From Escherichia coli (lineage in GTDB: Bacteria; Pseudomonadota; Gammaproteobacteria; Enterobacterales; Enterobacteriaceae): a stretch of DNA of 64,000 bases. Below, piece after piece: positions 52,858 to 61,337 of this stretch. The stretch lies in the NCBI RefSeq assembly GCF_024298765.1, contig NZ_CP101210.1; one strand, given 5' to 3'. The stretch's first letter is position 1. Every line of letters begins with the position of its first letter. A program made the position numbers and the translations under genes. The notes beneath the pieces were generated by a model. It made no database searches and was not told where the DNA came from. It saw only the letters and a list, made by a program, of their open reading frames with translations.

Positions 52858-52908
52858 TGTAGGATATCCAACGTGTGGGTGTCAAGAGTTTATGTTGGTT
52901 ATCCTACA
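52858..52908. promoter_or_regulatory. OL-like operator pair (repressor binding palindromes)
   Basis: tgtaggatatccaac (52858-52872) and tgttggttatcctaca (52893-52908); same half-site family as the OR sites. Confidence 0.6.
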
Positions 52909-52925
52909 TAAAAAGATAGGCTCAT

Positions 52926-52951
52926 AAAAAAACCGGGGATACCCCGGTTTT
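52926..52951 (-). terminator. Rho-independent terminator downstream of the cI-like gene (bidirectional-capable)
   Basis: ccgggg-ata-ccccgg hairpin flanked by A7 and T4. Confidence 0.65.
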
Positions 52952-52971
52952 GCGATAGTGAGGAAGATGTG

Positions 52972-53625
52972 TCAAAAATCCATTATTACTTGTTTGACAA
53001 GACCAACTATTCTGCAGTTCTCACCGCATTCAATAGTTTTATAGTTAGGATTTAGTGGGACGAGATACCTGTTCGGCCAGTCCTCAACAAATTTTTTGAG
53101 TGTCGCTTCTTGCCCACCATTGATATGGGCAACAACGATTTTTCCGTTAATACACTCTGTATCAATAATATCTGGCTCTACGATAACGATAGAACCTTCT
53201 GGTATCGATGGTGAGCCGAGGGGATTGGTCATTGAATCACCACGGACCCGTAGTGCAAATGCCATTTCTGATACAAGGGCGGTAGTATAAACCCACTCTT
53301 CAGCATCTTCTTTCCTGACACCAGGCTCCGTCATTGTCCATGAACCCGCCTGAACCCACGAGATGAGGGGGACTTTTTTAACTGCGAATATTTCAGGTTT
53401 TAGATTTATCTTTGGTTCAGGCGAGCCTTTTCCGCTAACAAGCCACAGAGGATCGCATTTAAGTGCGTTGGCTAGGGCTTGAAGGTTGGCTCCATTTGGT
53501 TGGTAGTCGTCCTTTTCCCATCCAGTAACCGTGACACGGTTCACACCAGTCAAATCAGCCAGTGCTTGTTGTGTCAGGTTCAGTTCTTTTCGCCTTTGGC
53601 GAATACGATCACTCATGTTCATCAT
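52972..53625 (-). CDS. CI-like prophage repressor (HTH + S24 LexA-type peptidase domain)
   Basis: 217-aa ORF; N-terminal HTH (LNLTQQALADLTGVNRVTVTGWE), C-terminal GDSM serine motif; divergent from the cro-like gene. Confidence 0.88.
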   Translation of the reverse strand: MMNMSDRIRQRRKELNLTQQALADLTGVNRVTVTGWEKDDYQPNGANLQALANALKCDPLWLVSGKGSPEPKINLKPEIFAVKKVPLISWVQAGSWTMTEPGVRKEDAEEWVYTTALVSEMAFALRVRGDSMTNPLGSPSIPEGSIVIVEPDIIDTECINGKIVVAHINGGQEATLKKFVEDWPNRYLVPLNPNYKTIECGENCRIVGLVKQVIMDF

Positions 53626-53689
53626 GTAGGCAATCCTACCACATGCTCATGTAGGATTCTTGACATTGATATGTTGGATATCCTACATT
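53625..53689. promoter_or_regulatory. OR-like operators and PR/PRM region
   Basis: Palindromes tgtaggcaatcctacc (53625-53640), tgtaggattcttgaca (53650-53665), tgttggatatcctaca (53672-53687); TTGACA -35 at 53660-53665; first operator abuts the cI start codon. Confidence 0.6.
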
Positions 53690-53720
53690 TCTGCTTAACG
53701 TAATTTAACGGGAGACAGAA

Positions 53721-53918
53721 ATGCGGAAATCCGACGTGATTAATTATTTCGGCGGAGTTTGTAAAACCGCCGAAGCCCTAGGTATTAAGCATCCGTCTGT
53801 TTCAGAGTGGCCTGAGATTATTCCTGAAGGCCGAGCGTACCAGTTAGAAAAAATTACTAACGGGAAACTGAAAGTTGACGTGTCTTTATATCAAAAGACT
53901 AACAGTGCTGCGGCATAA
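53721..53918 (+). CDS. Cro-like small DNA-binding protein
   Basis: 65-aa ORF divergent from the repressor with operators between them. Confidence 0.7.
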   Translation: MRKSDVINYFGGVCKTAEALGIKHPSVSEWPEIIPEGRAYQLEKITNGKLKVDVSLYQKTNSAAA

Positions 53919-53945
53919 AAACACCACAGAAATGAGGAATTAACC

Positions 53946-54530
53946 GTGGGTAAAGAACCTGAATGGAAAGTTGATAAACAACCAGCATGGCTGGTGGCAG
54001 CAATACGAAGAACGATTGCTGATTTACCTCATGGCTATGAGGAAGCAGCAGAAATTCTTGGTTTGTATAAATCTGATGATATCACCCCAGCAAAAGATCA
54101 ATTGCATAACAGACTGCGTAGCGGTGGGGATCAAATTTTTCCACTTGAGTGGGCCATGGTTTTACAGGATGCCAGTGGTACCAGGCATGTAACAGATGCA
54201 ATAGCCCGTCGTAGTAATGGGGTGTTTGTGCCGCTGGTGGTCATTGATGACATTGACAATGGTGACATTAATCAGCGGCTGATGGAGTCAATAGAATGGA
54301 TTGGCAAGCATTCCCAGTACTTACGCAAGGCAACTGCTGATGGAGTTATTGACCAAGCTGAGCGTGAGCAAATCGAAGAGAACAGCTACCAAGTAATGGC
54401 GAAGTGGCAGGAGCATTTAACACTGTTATTTCGTGTTTTTTGTGCGCCGGAAAAGAGTAACGCCCGCGAGTGTGCAGCTCCGGGCGTCGTGGCGTCGATT
54501 GCTTCTGGTTGTGGAGAAACTAACGCATGA
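53946..54530 (+). CDS. Phage regulatory protein, CII-like (tentative)
   Basis: 194-aa ORF directly after cro in the cII position; family assignment from position and vague similarity only. Confidence 0.45.
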   Translation: MGKEPEWKVDKQPAWLVAAIRRTIADLPHGYEEAAEILGLYKSDDITPAKDQLHNRLRSGGDQIFPLEWAMVLQDASGTRHVTDAIARRSNGVFVPLVVIDDIDNGDINQRLMESIEWIGKHSQYLRKATADGVIDQAEREQIEENSYQVMAKWQEHLTLLFRVFCAPEKSNARECAAPGVVASIASGCGETNA

Positions 54531-54865
54531 ACAGTTTAACAACACACTACCGTCGTTCGCAACTGATTGCGCTTCCTGTACCGGGTGGAAAAGCGAAGGT
54601 GGAGTATTGCTATGCAGTGAATGTACCAGGTGATAGGGAAATTGTAACCCACAGCTTTGCAGAGTGGGCTGTGGGTGATTTCAACCGGCAGAAGGAGACA
54701 GTCCTTTGCGACAAGTTAACCGCTGGTTCAAAGATCACTACGGAGTGCCCGTCAGAGTCATTCGTTGGGAGCCGGAAACACAACGGGTTATCTACCTCCG
54801 TGAAGGCTATGAACATGAATGCTTCAGTCCGCTCGAACAGTTTCGTCGTAAATTCAGGGAAATAG
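54527..54865 (+). CDS. Hypothetical phage protein (C-terminal part doubtful)
   Basis: 112-aa ORF starting at the ATGA overlap with the upstream stop; the last ~50 aa are low-complexity and overlap ORF 54706-54918 out of frame. Confidence 0.35.
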   Translation: MNSLTTHYRRSQLIALPVPGGKAKVEYCYAVNVPGDREIVTHSFAEWAVGDFNRQKETVLCDKLTAGSKITTECPSESFVGSRKHNGLSTSVKAMNMNASVRSNSFVVNSGK

Positions 54866-54918
54866 AGGTCGGTCATGAGCCTGTTAATGACATCCCAGCC
54901 CATTGTGATAAATCGTGA
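54706..54918 (+). CDS. Hypothetical phage protein (TTG start)
   Basis: 70-aa ORF with strong SD gaaggaga about 7 nt upstream of TTG; protein-like composition; overlaps the O-like gene start. Confidence 0.45.
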   Translation: MRQVNRWFKDHYGVPVRVIRWEPETQRVIYLREGYEHECFSPLEQFRRKFREIEVGHEPVNDIPAHCDKS

Positions 54919-55867
54919 TCTTGCATGCCGTATTGGTCTGAATGAGGCAATTGTGTTGCAGCAGCTTCATTACTGGCTGAATGAAACGAATTCAGGCACT
55001 GAGCATGGCGGAATTCGCTGGGTTTATAACACGACAGAACAGTGGCTGGAGCAGTTTCCGTTCTGGTCAGAGTCCACTCTGAAACGCACATTTGCAAGCC
55101 TGAAATCACTTGGGGTTTTGCGTCGCGAGCAACTCAATAAATCGAAGCGTGACATGACCAACTTCTACACGATCAACTATGAAAGTGAGCTTTTAGAAGA
55201 GGTCAAAGTGAACGAATCCATCAGGTCAAAATGCACTTCTCCATCGGGTCAAAGTGACCTGATGGATGAGCGCAAAATGACACGATCCATTGGTTCAAAA
55301 CGACACGCTGTCATCGGGTCAAAATGGCCCAATGATCTTACAGAGAATACAACAGAGATTACTACAGAGAATAAAACCTCTTCTCGTCCGGACGCTTCGC
55401 AACCGGACACGCAGATGGCTGAACAGGATTTTTTAACTCGCCATCCTGATGCGGTTGTATTCAGCCCTAAAAAGCGCCAGTGGGGAACGCAGGATGATTT
55501 GACCTGCGCACAGTGGCTCTGGAAAAAAATCATCGCTCTGTACGAGCAGGCCGCCGAATGTGACGGCGAAGTGGTACGTCCTAAAGAACCGAACTGGACA
55601 GCCTGGGCAAACGAAATTCGCCTGATGTGTGTACAGGATGGGCGTACTCACAAACAAATCTGCGAGATGTACAGCCGCGTCAGCCGCGATCCGTTCTGGT
55701 GCCGTAACGTGCTCAGCCCGTCGAAGCTGCGGGAAAAATGGGATGAGCTTTCCCTGCGCTTATCGCCGTCCGTCAGCACGTACACAGAAAAACGCGAAGA
55801 TCCGTACTTCAAAGCCAGTTACGACAACGTGGACTACAGCCAGATCCCGGCAGGATTCAGGGGGTGA
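54875..55867 (+). CDS. Replication initiation protein, lambda O-like, with internal iterons
   Basis: 330-aa ORF; N-terminal O-like domain; four to five direct DNA repeats of the ggtcaaaatg type at ~55196-55330. Confidence 0.8.
   Translation: MSLLMTSQPIVINRDLACRIGLNEAIVLQQLHYWLNETNSGTEHGGIRWVYNTTEQWLEQFPFWSESTLKRTFASLKSLGVLRREQLNKSKRDMTNFYTINYESELLEEVKVNESIRSKCTSPSGQSDLMDERKMTRSIGSKRHAVIGSKWPNDLTENTTEITTENKTSSRPDASQPDTQMAEQDFLTRHPDAVVFSPKKRQWGTQDDLTCAQWLWKKIIALYEQAAECDGEVVRPKEPNWTAWANEIRLMCVQDGRTHKQICEMYSRVSRDPFWCRNVLSPSKLREKWDELSLRLSPSVSTYTEKREDPYFKASYDNVDYSQIPAGFRG
55196..55330. repeat. Origin iterons inside the O-like gene
   Basis: Direct repeats gaggtcaaagtg, caggtcaaaatg, cgggtcaaagtg, tggttcaaaacg, cgggtcaaaatg spaced ~20-25 bp. 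Confidence 0.7.
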
Positions 55868-55869
55868 TC

Positions 55870-55962
55870 ATGAGTCTTTTGAATGAAGTTCAGAAATTCA
55901 TTGAAGCCCATCCGGGGTGTACTTCCGGAGACATTGCGGATGCTTTTTACGTGGGGGCTTAA
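55870..55962 (+). CDS. Small ORF (30 aa) translationally coupled between the O-like gene and the methyltransferase
   Basis: ATG at 55870 preceded by SD aggggg; stop overlaps the methyltransferase ATG (TAATG). Confidence 0.3.
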   Translation: MSLLNEVQKFIEAHPGCTSGDIADAFYVGA

Positions 55963-56615
55963 TGAGTAATAAATATTGTCAGGCGCTGGTGGAGCTGCGG
56001 AACAAACCATCCCATGAACTGAAGGAGGTGGGCGATCAGTGGCGCACGCCGGACAGCATTTTCTGGGGAATTAACACCTTGTTTGGCCCGTTTGTTCTGG
56101 ATCTGTTCACTGACGGTGATAACGCCAAATGTGCCGCGTATTACACGGCGGAAGACAACGCGCTGGCGCATGACTGGTCAGAACGCCTTGCGGAGCTTAA
56201 AGGTGCTGCCTTTGGCAATCCCCCATACAGTCGCGCCAGTCAGCATGAGGGGCAATACATCACCGGCATGCGTTACATCATGAAACATGCCAGTGCCATG
56301 CGTGATAAGGGCGGGCGCTATGTTTTCCTGATCAAAGCTGCCACCAGCGAAGTGTGGTGGCCGGAAGATGCGGACCATATTGCTTTTATTCGCGGGCGTA
56401 TTGGTTTTGAACTGCCTGCCTGGTTTATCCCGAAAGATGAGAAGCAGGTGCCGATAGGCGCTTTCTTCGCTGGTGCTATTGCTGTTTTTGACAAGACCTG
56501 GAAGGGACCGGCAATCAGCTACATCGGGCGCGATGAACTTGAGGCATGTGGTGAGGCCTTTCTGGCGCAGGTTCGCCAGCAGGCAGAAAAACTGGTCAGG
56601 GAGATGGTGGCATGA
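55962..56615 (+). CDS. Phage DNA N6-adenine methyltransferase (Dam-like)
   Basis: About 218 aa from MSNKYCQALVEL; motif IV FGNPPYS. Confidence 0.85.
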   Translation: MSNKYCQALVELRNKPSHELKEVGDQWRTPDSIFWGINTLFGPFVLDLFTDGDNAKCAAYYTAEDNALAHDWSERLAELKGAAFGNPPYSRASQHEGQYITGMRYIMKHASAMRDKGGRYVFLIKAATSEVWWPEDADHIAFIRGRIGFELPAWFIPKDEKQVPIGAFFAGAIAVFDKTWKGPAISYIGRDELEACGEAFLAQVRQQAEKLVREMVA

Positions 56616-57001
56616 AGCTGATCCTGCCTTTTCCGCCCAGCGTGAACACGTACTGGCGACACCCCAACAAAGGGGCGTTTGCTGGTAAGAGCCTGATAAG
56701 CGCGGCGGGGCGAAAATTCCAGAGCGCGGCGTGCGCAGCAATAGTTGAGCAGTTACGTCGTCTGCCGAAACCAACGTCGGCACCTGCTTCAGTGGAGATC
56801 GTGTTGTTTCCTCCGGATAACCGGATCCGCGATCTGGACAACTATAACAAGGCGCTGTTTGACGCCCTGACCCACGCGGGTGTGTGGGAAGACGACAGTC
56901 AGGTGAAAAGAATGCTGGTGGAGTGGGGACCGGTTATCCCGGGAGGGAAGGTCGAGATCACTATCAGTAAGTACGAGAAAACGGCGGGTGCAGCCGCCTG
57001 A
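56612..57001 (+). CDS. rusA: Holliday junction resolvase RusA-like
   Basis: 129-aa ORF; RusA-like pattern (PPSVNTYWRH ... DLDNYNKALFDALTHAGVWEDDSQV). Confidence 0.85.
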   Translation: MKLILPFPPSVNTYWRHPNKGAFAGKSLISAAGRKFQSAACAAIVEQLRRLPKPTSAPASVEIVLFPPDNRIRDLDNYNKALFDALTHAGVWEDDSQVKRMLVEWGPVIPGGKVEITISKYEKTAGAAA

Positions 57002-57020
57002 TTAAGAGGAGAAACGAAGT

Positions 57021-57818
57021 ATGAATAATCTGATGGTCATTGATGGTATTGAAGTTCGTCGTGATGCTTATGGTCGTTACAGCCTGAACGATCTGCACAG
57101 GTCTGCCGGTTCTCTGGATAAGCATAAGCCTGCATTCTGGCTCCGCAATGAGCAAACTGAACGTTTAATAAGCGAGTTGCAGATTTGCAACTCGGTCAAT
57201 ATAGAGCCAGTTAACGTTATTCGTGGCGGAAATAACCAGGGGACGTATGTCTGCAAAGAACTGGTGTATGCCTATGCAATGTGGATCAGCCCGTCATTCC
57301 ATCTGAAGGTGATCCGTACTTTCGACATGGTAACCAGCGCACCGGAAAAATTATCCGGACAGGCTGCTGACAAGATGCAGGCTGGTGTGATCCTGCTGGA
57401 CTTTATGCGCCGGGAATTAAACCTGTCTAACTCATCAGTGCTTGGAGCCTGTCAGAAGCTTCAGGAGGCTGTTGGCTTACCGAATCTGGCACCGCGCTAT
57501 GCCATTGATGCTCCTGCTGATGCACTCGATGGCTCAAGCCGCCCGACACTGTCACTGAGTGCACTGCTGAAGCAGTATGGTATCCGCCTGACAGCTAATC
57601 AGGCATATCACCAGATGGCGAAGCTGGGGATCGTTGAACAACGTGAACGATACAGCCGCACTGCGATTAACAACATCAAAAAATTCTGGTCGCTGACGGC
57701 GAAAGGCTGCATGTTCGGCAAGAACATCACCAGTCCCGCAAATCCGCGCGAGACGCAGCCGCATTTCTTCGAATCCCGATTCCCTGAGCTGTTAAAGCTG
57801 CTCGATACCGTTCATTGA
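57021..57818 (+). CDS. KilA-N domain protein (antirepressor-like)
   Basis: 265-aa ORF; N-terminal KilA-N-like region (VRRDAYGRYSLNDLHRSAG ... KPAFWLRNEQTERLI). Confidence 0.7.
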   Translation: MNNLMVIDGIEVRRDAYGRYSLNDLHRSAGSLDKHKPAFWLRNEQTERLISELQICNSVNIEPVNVIRGGNNQGTYVCKELVYAYAMWISPSFHLKVIRTFDMVTSAPEKLSGQAADKMQAGVILLDFMRRELNLSNSSVLGACQKLQEAVGLPNLAPRYAIDAPADALDGSSRPTLSLSALLKQYGIRLTANQAYHQMAKLGIVEQRERYSRTAINNIKKFWSLTAKGCMFGKNITSPANPRETQPHFFESRFPELLKLLDTVH

Positions 57819-57819
57819 G

Positions 57820-58815
57820 GTGACCGTGAGAGCACTACTGACCCCTGAAATTGCCCCGCGTATGGGGATCGTATTGTTCAGACCAGGTTCAGAGCTGATG
57901 CCCTTGTTTATGCAGGGGCGTGTCCTGCTGGAGCCTGAGCCGGAACGTTATTCATCTTTCGCCAGTGGTGCCGTTCCGGCGGCATCACAACCGCTGGCGG
58001 ATGATCCTGCCGTTCGGGCCGTGTTCCGCAATGAGGCAGTGATCCGTCGTGCTGGTGGCGTGGAATGTCTTGAAAGCTGGTTACTTCGTGAAAAAGGCTG
58101 CCAGTGGCCTCATTCCGGCTGGCACAGCGAGAACATGACAACAATGCGACACGCTCCGGGCGCAATCCGTCTGTGCTGGCACTGCGATAACCAGCTGCGC
58201 GATCAGTTCACGGAACGGCTGGAATCAATGGCAACGGATAACTGTGCCCGCTGGGTGTTGTCTGTTGTGCGTCGGGATCTCGGTTTTGATGACAGTCATG
58301 TTGTGACAATGCCGGAACTGTGCTGGTGGCTGATTCGTAATGATCTGGCGGATGCCTTACCGGAAAGTGCAGCCCGTAAGGCACTGAGATTACCGAAGCC
58401 TGTTGTGCCGTCTGTTACCCGGGAAAGTGACCTTGTGCCTTCGGTTCCTGCCACCAGCATCATCCAGGATAAGGCGAAAAAGGTGCTGGCGCTGAAAGTG
58501 GATCCGGAGTCGCCGGAGTCTTTTATGTTACGCCCAAAACGTCGCCGCTGGGTTAATGAAAAGTACACGCGCTGGGTTAAGACACAGCCGTGTGCATGTT
58601 GTGGAAAGCCCGCTGATGATCCCCACCACCTGATAGGTCACGGTCAGGGTGGAATGGGAACAAAAGCGCATGACCTCTTTGTGTTGCCTTTGTGCAGAAA
58701 GCATCACGACGAGCTGCATGCGGATACCGTGGCATTTGAAGAGAAGTATGGCTCTCAGCTGGAGCTGATATTTCGTTTTATCGATCGTGCGCTGGCAATT
58801 GGCGTATTGGCGTAA
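57820..58815 (+). CDS. DUF968-family phage protein (YdfU-like)
   Basis: 331-aa ORF with GTG start; C-terminal Cys/His-rich region (QPCACCGKPADDPHHLIGHG ... CRKHHDELH); usual position between rusA and Q. Confidence 0.65.
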   Translation: MTVRALLTPEIAPRMGIVLFRPGSELMPLFMQGRVLLEPEPERYSSFASGAVPAASQPLADDPAVRAVFRNEAVIRRAGGVECLESWLLREKGCQWPHSGWHSENMTTMRHAPGAIRLCWHCDNQLRDQFTERLESMATDNCARWVLSVVRRDLGFDDSHVVTMPELCWWLIRNDLADALPESAARKALRLPKPVVPSVTRESDLVPSVPATSIIQDKAKKVLALKVDPESPESFMLRPKRRRWVNEKYTRWVKTQPCACCGKPADDPHHLIGHGQGGMGTKAHDLFVLPLCRKHHDELHADTVAFEEKYGSQLELIFRFIDRALAIGVLA

Positions 58816-58828
58816 GTGGAGAACGAGC

Positions 58829-59581
58829 ATGAACCTTGAAGCCTTACCAAAATATTACTCCCCAAAATCTCCAAAATTGAGCGATGACGCACCGGCGACA
58901 GGCTCTGGTGGTTTAACAATTACGGATGTAATGGCTGCGCAGGGGATGGTGCAGTCGAAAGCACCGCTTGGGTTTGCCTTATTCCTGGCAAAAGTTGGTG
59001 TTCAGGATCCTCAGTTTGCGATTGAAGGTCTGCTCAATTACGCGATGGCACTGGATAACCCGACATTGAATAAATTGAGTGAAGAAACCCGGCTACAGAT
59101 CATTCCTTACCTTGTGAATTTTGCCTTTGCTGATTATTCCAGGTCTGCGGCAAGTAAGGCTCGCTGTGAGCATTGTGCTGGTACTGGATTTCATAATGTA
59201 TTGCGCGAGGTGGTGAAACACTCCAGAAGCGGGGAATCTGTTATCAAGGAAGAGTGGGTGAAGGAACTATGTCAGCATTGTCATGGTAAGGGAGAAGTCA
59301 GCACAGCGTGCAGAGGGTGTAAGGGTAAAGGTATTGTCCTGGATGAAAAAAGAACCCGGCTTCATGGTACGCCTGTTTATAAGATTTGTGGGCGTTGCAA
59401 TGGTAACCGTTTTAGCCGTTTACCAACCACACTGGCGCGGCATCATGTCCAGAAGCTGGTACCAGACCTGACGGATTATCAGTGGTACAAAGGATATGCA
59501 GATGTCATTGATAAACTGGTTACAAAGTGCTGGCAGGAAGAAGCATATGCAGAGACACAATTGAGAAAAGTGACAAGATAA
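58829..59581 (+). CDS. Late gene antiterminator Q
   Basis: Start at MNLEALPKYY with SD ggaga; zinc-finger-like CEHCAGTG ... CQHCHGKG ... CRGCKGKG ... CGRCNG; followed by late promoter/terminator region. Confidence 0.8.
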   Translation: MNLEALPKYYSPKSPKLSDDAPATGSGGLTITDVMAAQGMVQSKAPLGFALFLAKVGVQDPQFAIEGLLNYAMALDNPTLNKLSEETRLQIIPYLVNFAFADYSRSAASKARCEHCAGTGFHNVLREVVKHSRSGESVIKEEWVKELCQHCHGKGEVSTACRGCKGKGIVLDEKRTRLHGTPVYKICGRCNGNRFSRLPTTLARHHVQKLVPDLTDYQWYKGYADVIDKLVTKCWQEEAYAETQLRKVTR

Positions 59582-59691
59582 ATGATTTTCGCCGAAGATG
59601 GCGACATGATGCTTGCATTTTTCAAAAAATCTGGTTAGGATTCTCCTAACGATGGGCTTTGTATGTCTGCCGTTAACGAAATCATAACAAA

Positions 59692-59713
59692 CCTCGCTTC
59701 GGCGGGGTTTTTG
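59692..59713 (+). terminator. tR'-like rho-independent terminator after the late promoter
   Basis: Hairpin cctcgc-ttcg-gcgggg followed by tttttgctttt. Confidence 0.7.
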
Positions 59714-59731
59714 CTTTTCTGGAGGTCAATA

Positions 59732-59989
59732 ATGCAGGGCGAAAAGCAGCAGCCATATTTTTTTAACCCTGGTATGACTGTTGAACAGCTTGAAGACTGG
59801 CTGGAGCAGCAAAAGCTTCATCTAAGCCGCTATAACCGTCTGGTAAAAGAAAAAGCAGAGCTTGAAGAACGGCTCAGTGATATTTCTGTGGAAATTGAAC
59901 GAATGTCTGCTGGTGGTTTTAACGGAAAGTTGAGTTTCCCCTGGGAGTCAAGTTCGCTTCTGAGAAATCATCAACAGGGTAGTGTTTGA
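59732..59989 (+). CDS. Hypothetical small protein (85 aa) immediately downstream of tR'
   Basis: ATG at 59732 with SD ggagg; coiled-coil-like (LEQQKLHLSRYNRLVKEKAELEERLSDISVEIERM). Confidence 0.5.
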   Translation: MQGEKQQPYFFNPGMTVEQLEDWLEQQKLHLSRYNRLVKEKAELEERLSDISVEIERMSAGGFNGKLSFPWESSSLLRNHQQGSV

Positions 59990-60068
59990 CTGAAATAATA
60001 AACAGACTGTCATTAAGATCCCTTCCCCTCATATCTGAGAGGACCAACAGCAATTAAGAGGGGGCTAA

Positions 60069-60455
60069 ATGTCCGATCCGATTTCCGGTACTGGGCTGGC
60101 TGGTGGTGCCCTGACGGGTGCCAGTGTTTATGGACTGCTGACCGGAACTGATTACGGCGTTGTATTTGGCGCATTTGCAGGGGCTGTATTCTACATAGCA
60201 ACAGCAGCAGATCTGAGTGCATCGCGTCGACTGGCATATTTTATCGTGTCATATATTGCCGGGATTCTTTGCTCTGGGTTGGTTGGCTCCAAGCTGGCGA
60301 ACTTGACCGGATACAGTGATAAACCTCTGGATGCTATTGGTGCCGTAATCGTCTCTGCTTTAGCCGTTAAAATCCTGACGTTCCTGAATAATCAGGATAT
60401 CGGCTCGCTGGTGGCGCTCATAACGCGCCGGGGAGGTTCAGGTGGAGCTAAATGA
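60069..60455 (+). CDS. Putative holin (multi-TM small membrane protein)
   Basis: 128-aa ORF with about three hydrophobic helices; first gene of the lysis cassette; SD agaggggg. Confidence 0.6.
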   Translation: MSDPISGTGLAGGALTGASVYGLLTGTDYGVVFGAFAGAVFYIATAADLSASRRLAYFIVSYIAGILCSGLVGSKLANLTGYSDKPLDAIGAVIVSALAVKILTFLNNQDIGSLVALITRRGGSGGAK

Positions 60456-60723
60456 CCCGACAGCAACTATAAATGCGCTGTTATGTGCTTGTGTTGTTAT
60501 TACTCTGATGTTTTATCGTCGTGGTGATTCGCGGCATCGTCCTTGGGTTTCACGTTTAGCCTGGCTGATTACTGTTACATACAGTGCTGTTCCGTTGGCC
60601 TATCTCTGTGGGATTTATCCTCATTCCTCATGGCCCATTATCGTGGCGAACACTATTTTTCTTTCCGTGCTGGTGGCCGTCAGAGGCAACGTTGCACGTC
60701 TGGTTGATCATCTGAGGCACTAA
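60442..60723 (+). CDS. Putative second holin/antiholin-like membrane protein
   Basis: 93-aa ORF with three hydrophobic segments; overlaps neighbours at both ends. Confidence 0.55.
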   Translation: MELNDPTATINALLCACVVITLMFYRRGDSRHRPWVSRLAWLITVTYSAVPLAYLCGIYPHSSWPIIVANTIFLSVLVAVRGNVARLVDHLRH

Positions 60724-61337
60724 TGAACCAACAATTATTTCAAAAGGCGGCTGGTATTAGCGCCGGGCTGGCTGCGCGCTGGTTTCCGCACATTGATGCG
60801 GCGATGAAGGAATTCGGCATTACAGCACCAGCGGATCAGGCAATGTTTATCGCTCAGGTAGGCCATGAGTCGATGGGGTTTAGCGCCGTAGTTGAAAATT
60901 TTAACTACACACCATCTGCGCTGGTGGCGACGTTCGGAAAGAGGATCACACAGCAGCAGGCTGATGCCCTTGGCAGAACATCCGGACATGCAGCTCGTCA
61001 GGATGCTATTGCCAATCTGGTGTATAGCAACCGACTGGGTAACAAAGCACCAGGTGATGGCTGGAAATATCGTGGTAGAGGATTAATTCAAATCACTGGC
61101 CTCCATAATTATCGCATCTGTGGCGCGGCGCTGAAGTTAGATCTGGTGACTTCACCTGAACAACTGGAACAGGAACTACAGGCTGCGCGCTCAGCTGCAT
61201 GGTTCTACACCTCTAAAGGTTGCATGATCTACGGTGCCGATATTAACCGTGTTACGCGCATCATTAACGGCGGTCTGAACGGTATTGAGGATCGTAAGGT
61301 CCGATACAACAAGGCGCGGGCGGCGCTGCTGGTATGA
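60723..61337 (+). CDS. Endolysin, glycoside hydrolase family 19 (chitinase-like)
   Basis: 204-aa ORF; GH19-like catalytic region (FIAQVGHESMGF ... YRGRGLIQITG); ATGA overlap with upstream gene. Confidence 0.8.
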   Translation: MNQQLFQKAAGISAGLAARWFPHIDAAMKEFGITAPADQAMFIAQVGHESMGFSAVVENFNYTPSALVATFGKRITQQQADALGRTSGHAARQDAIANLVYSNRLGNKAPGDGWKYRGRGLIQITGLHNYRICGAALKLDLVTSPEQLEQELQAARSAAWFYTSKGCMIYGADINRVTRIINGGLNGIEDRKVRYNKARAALLV

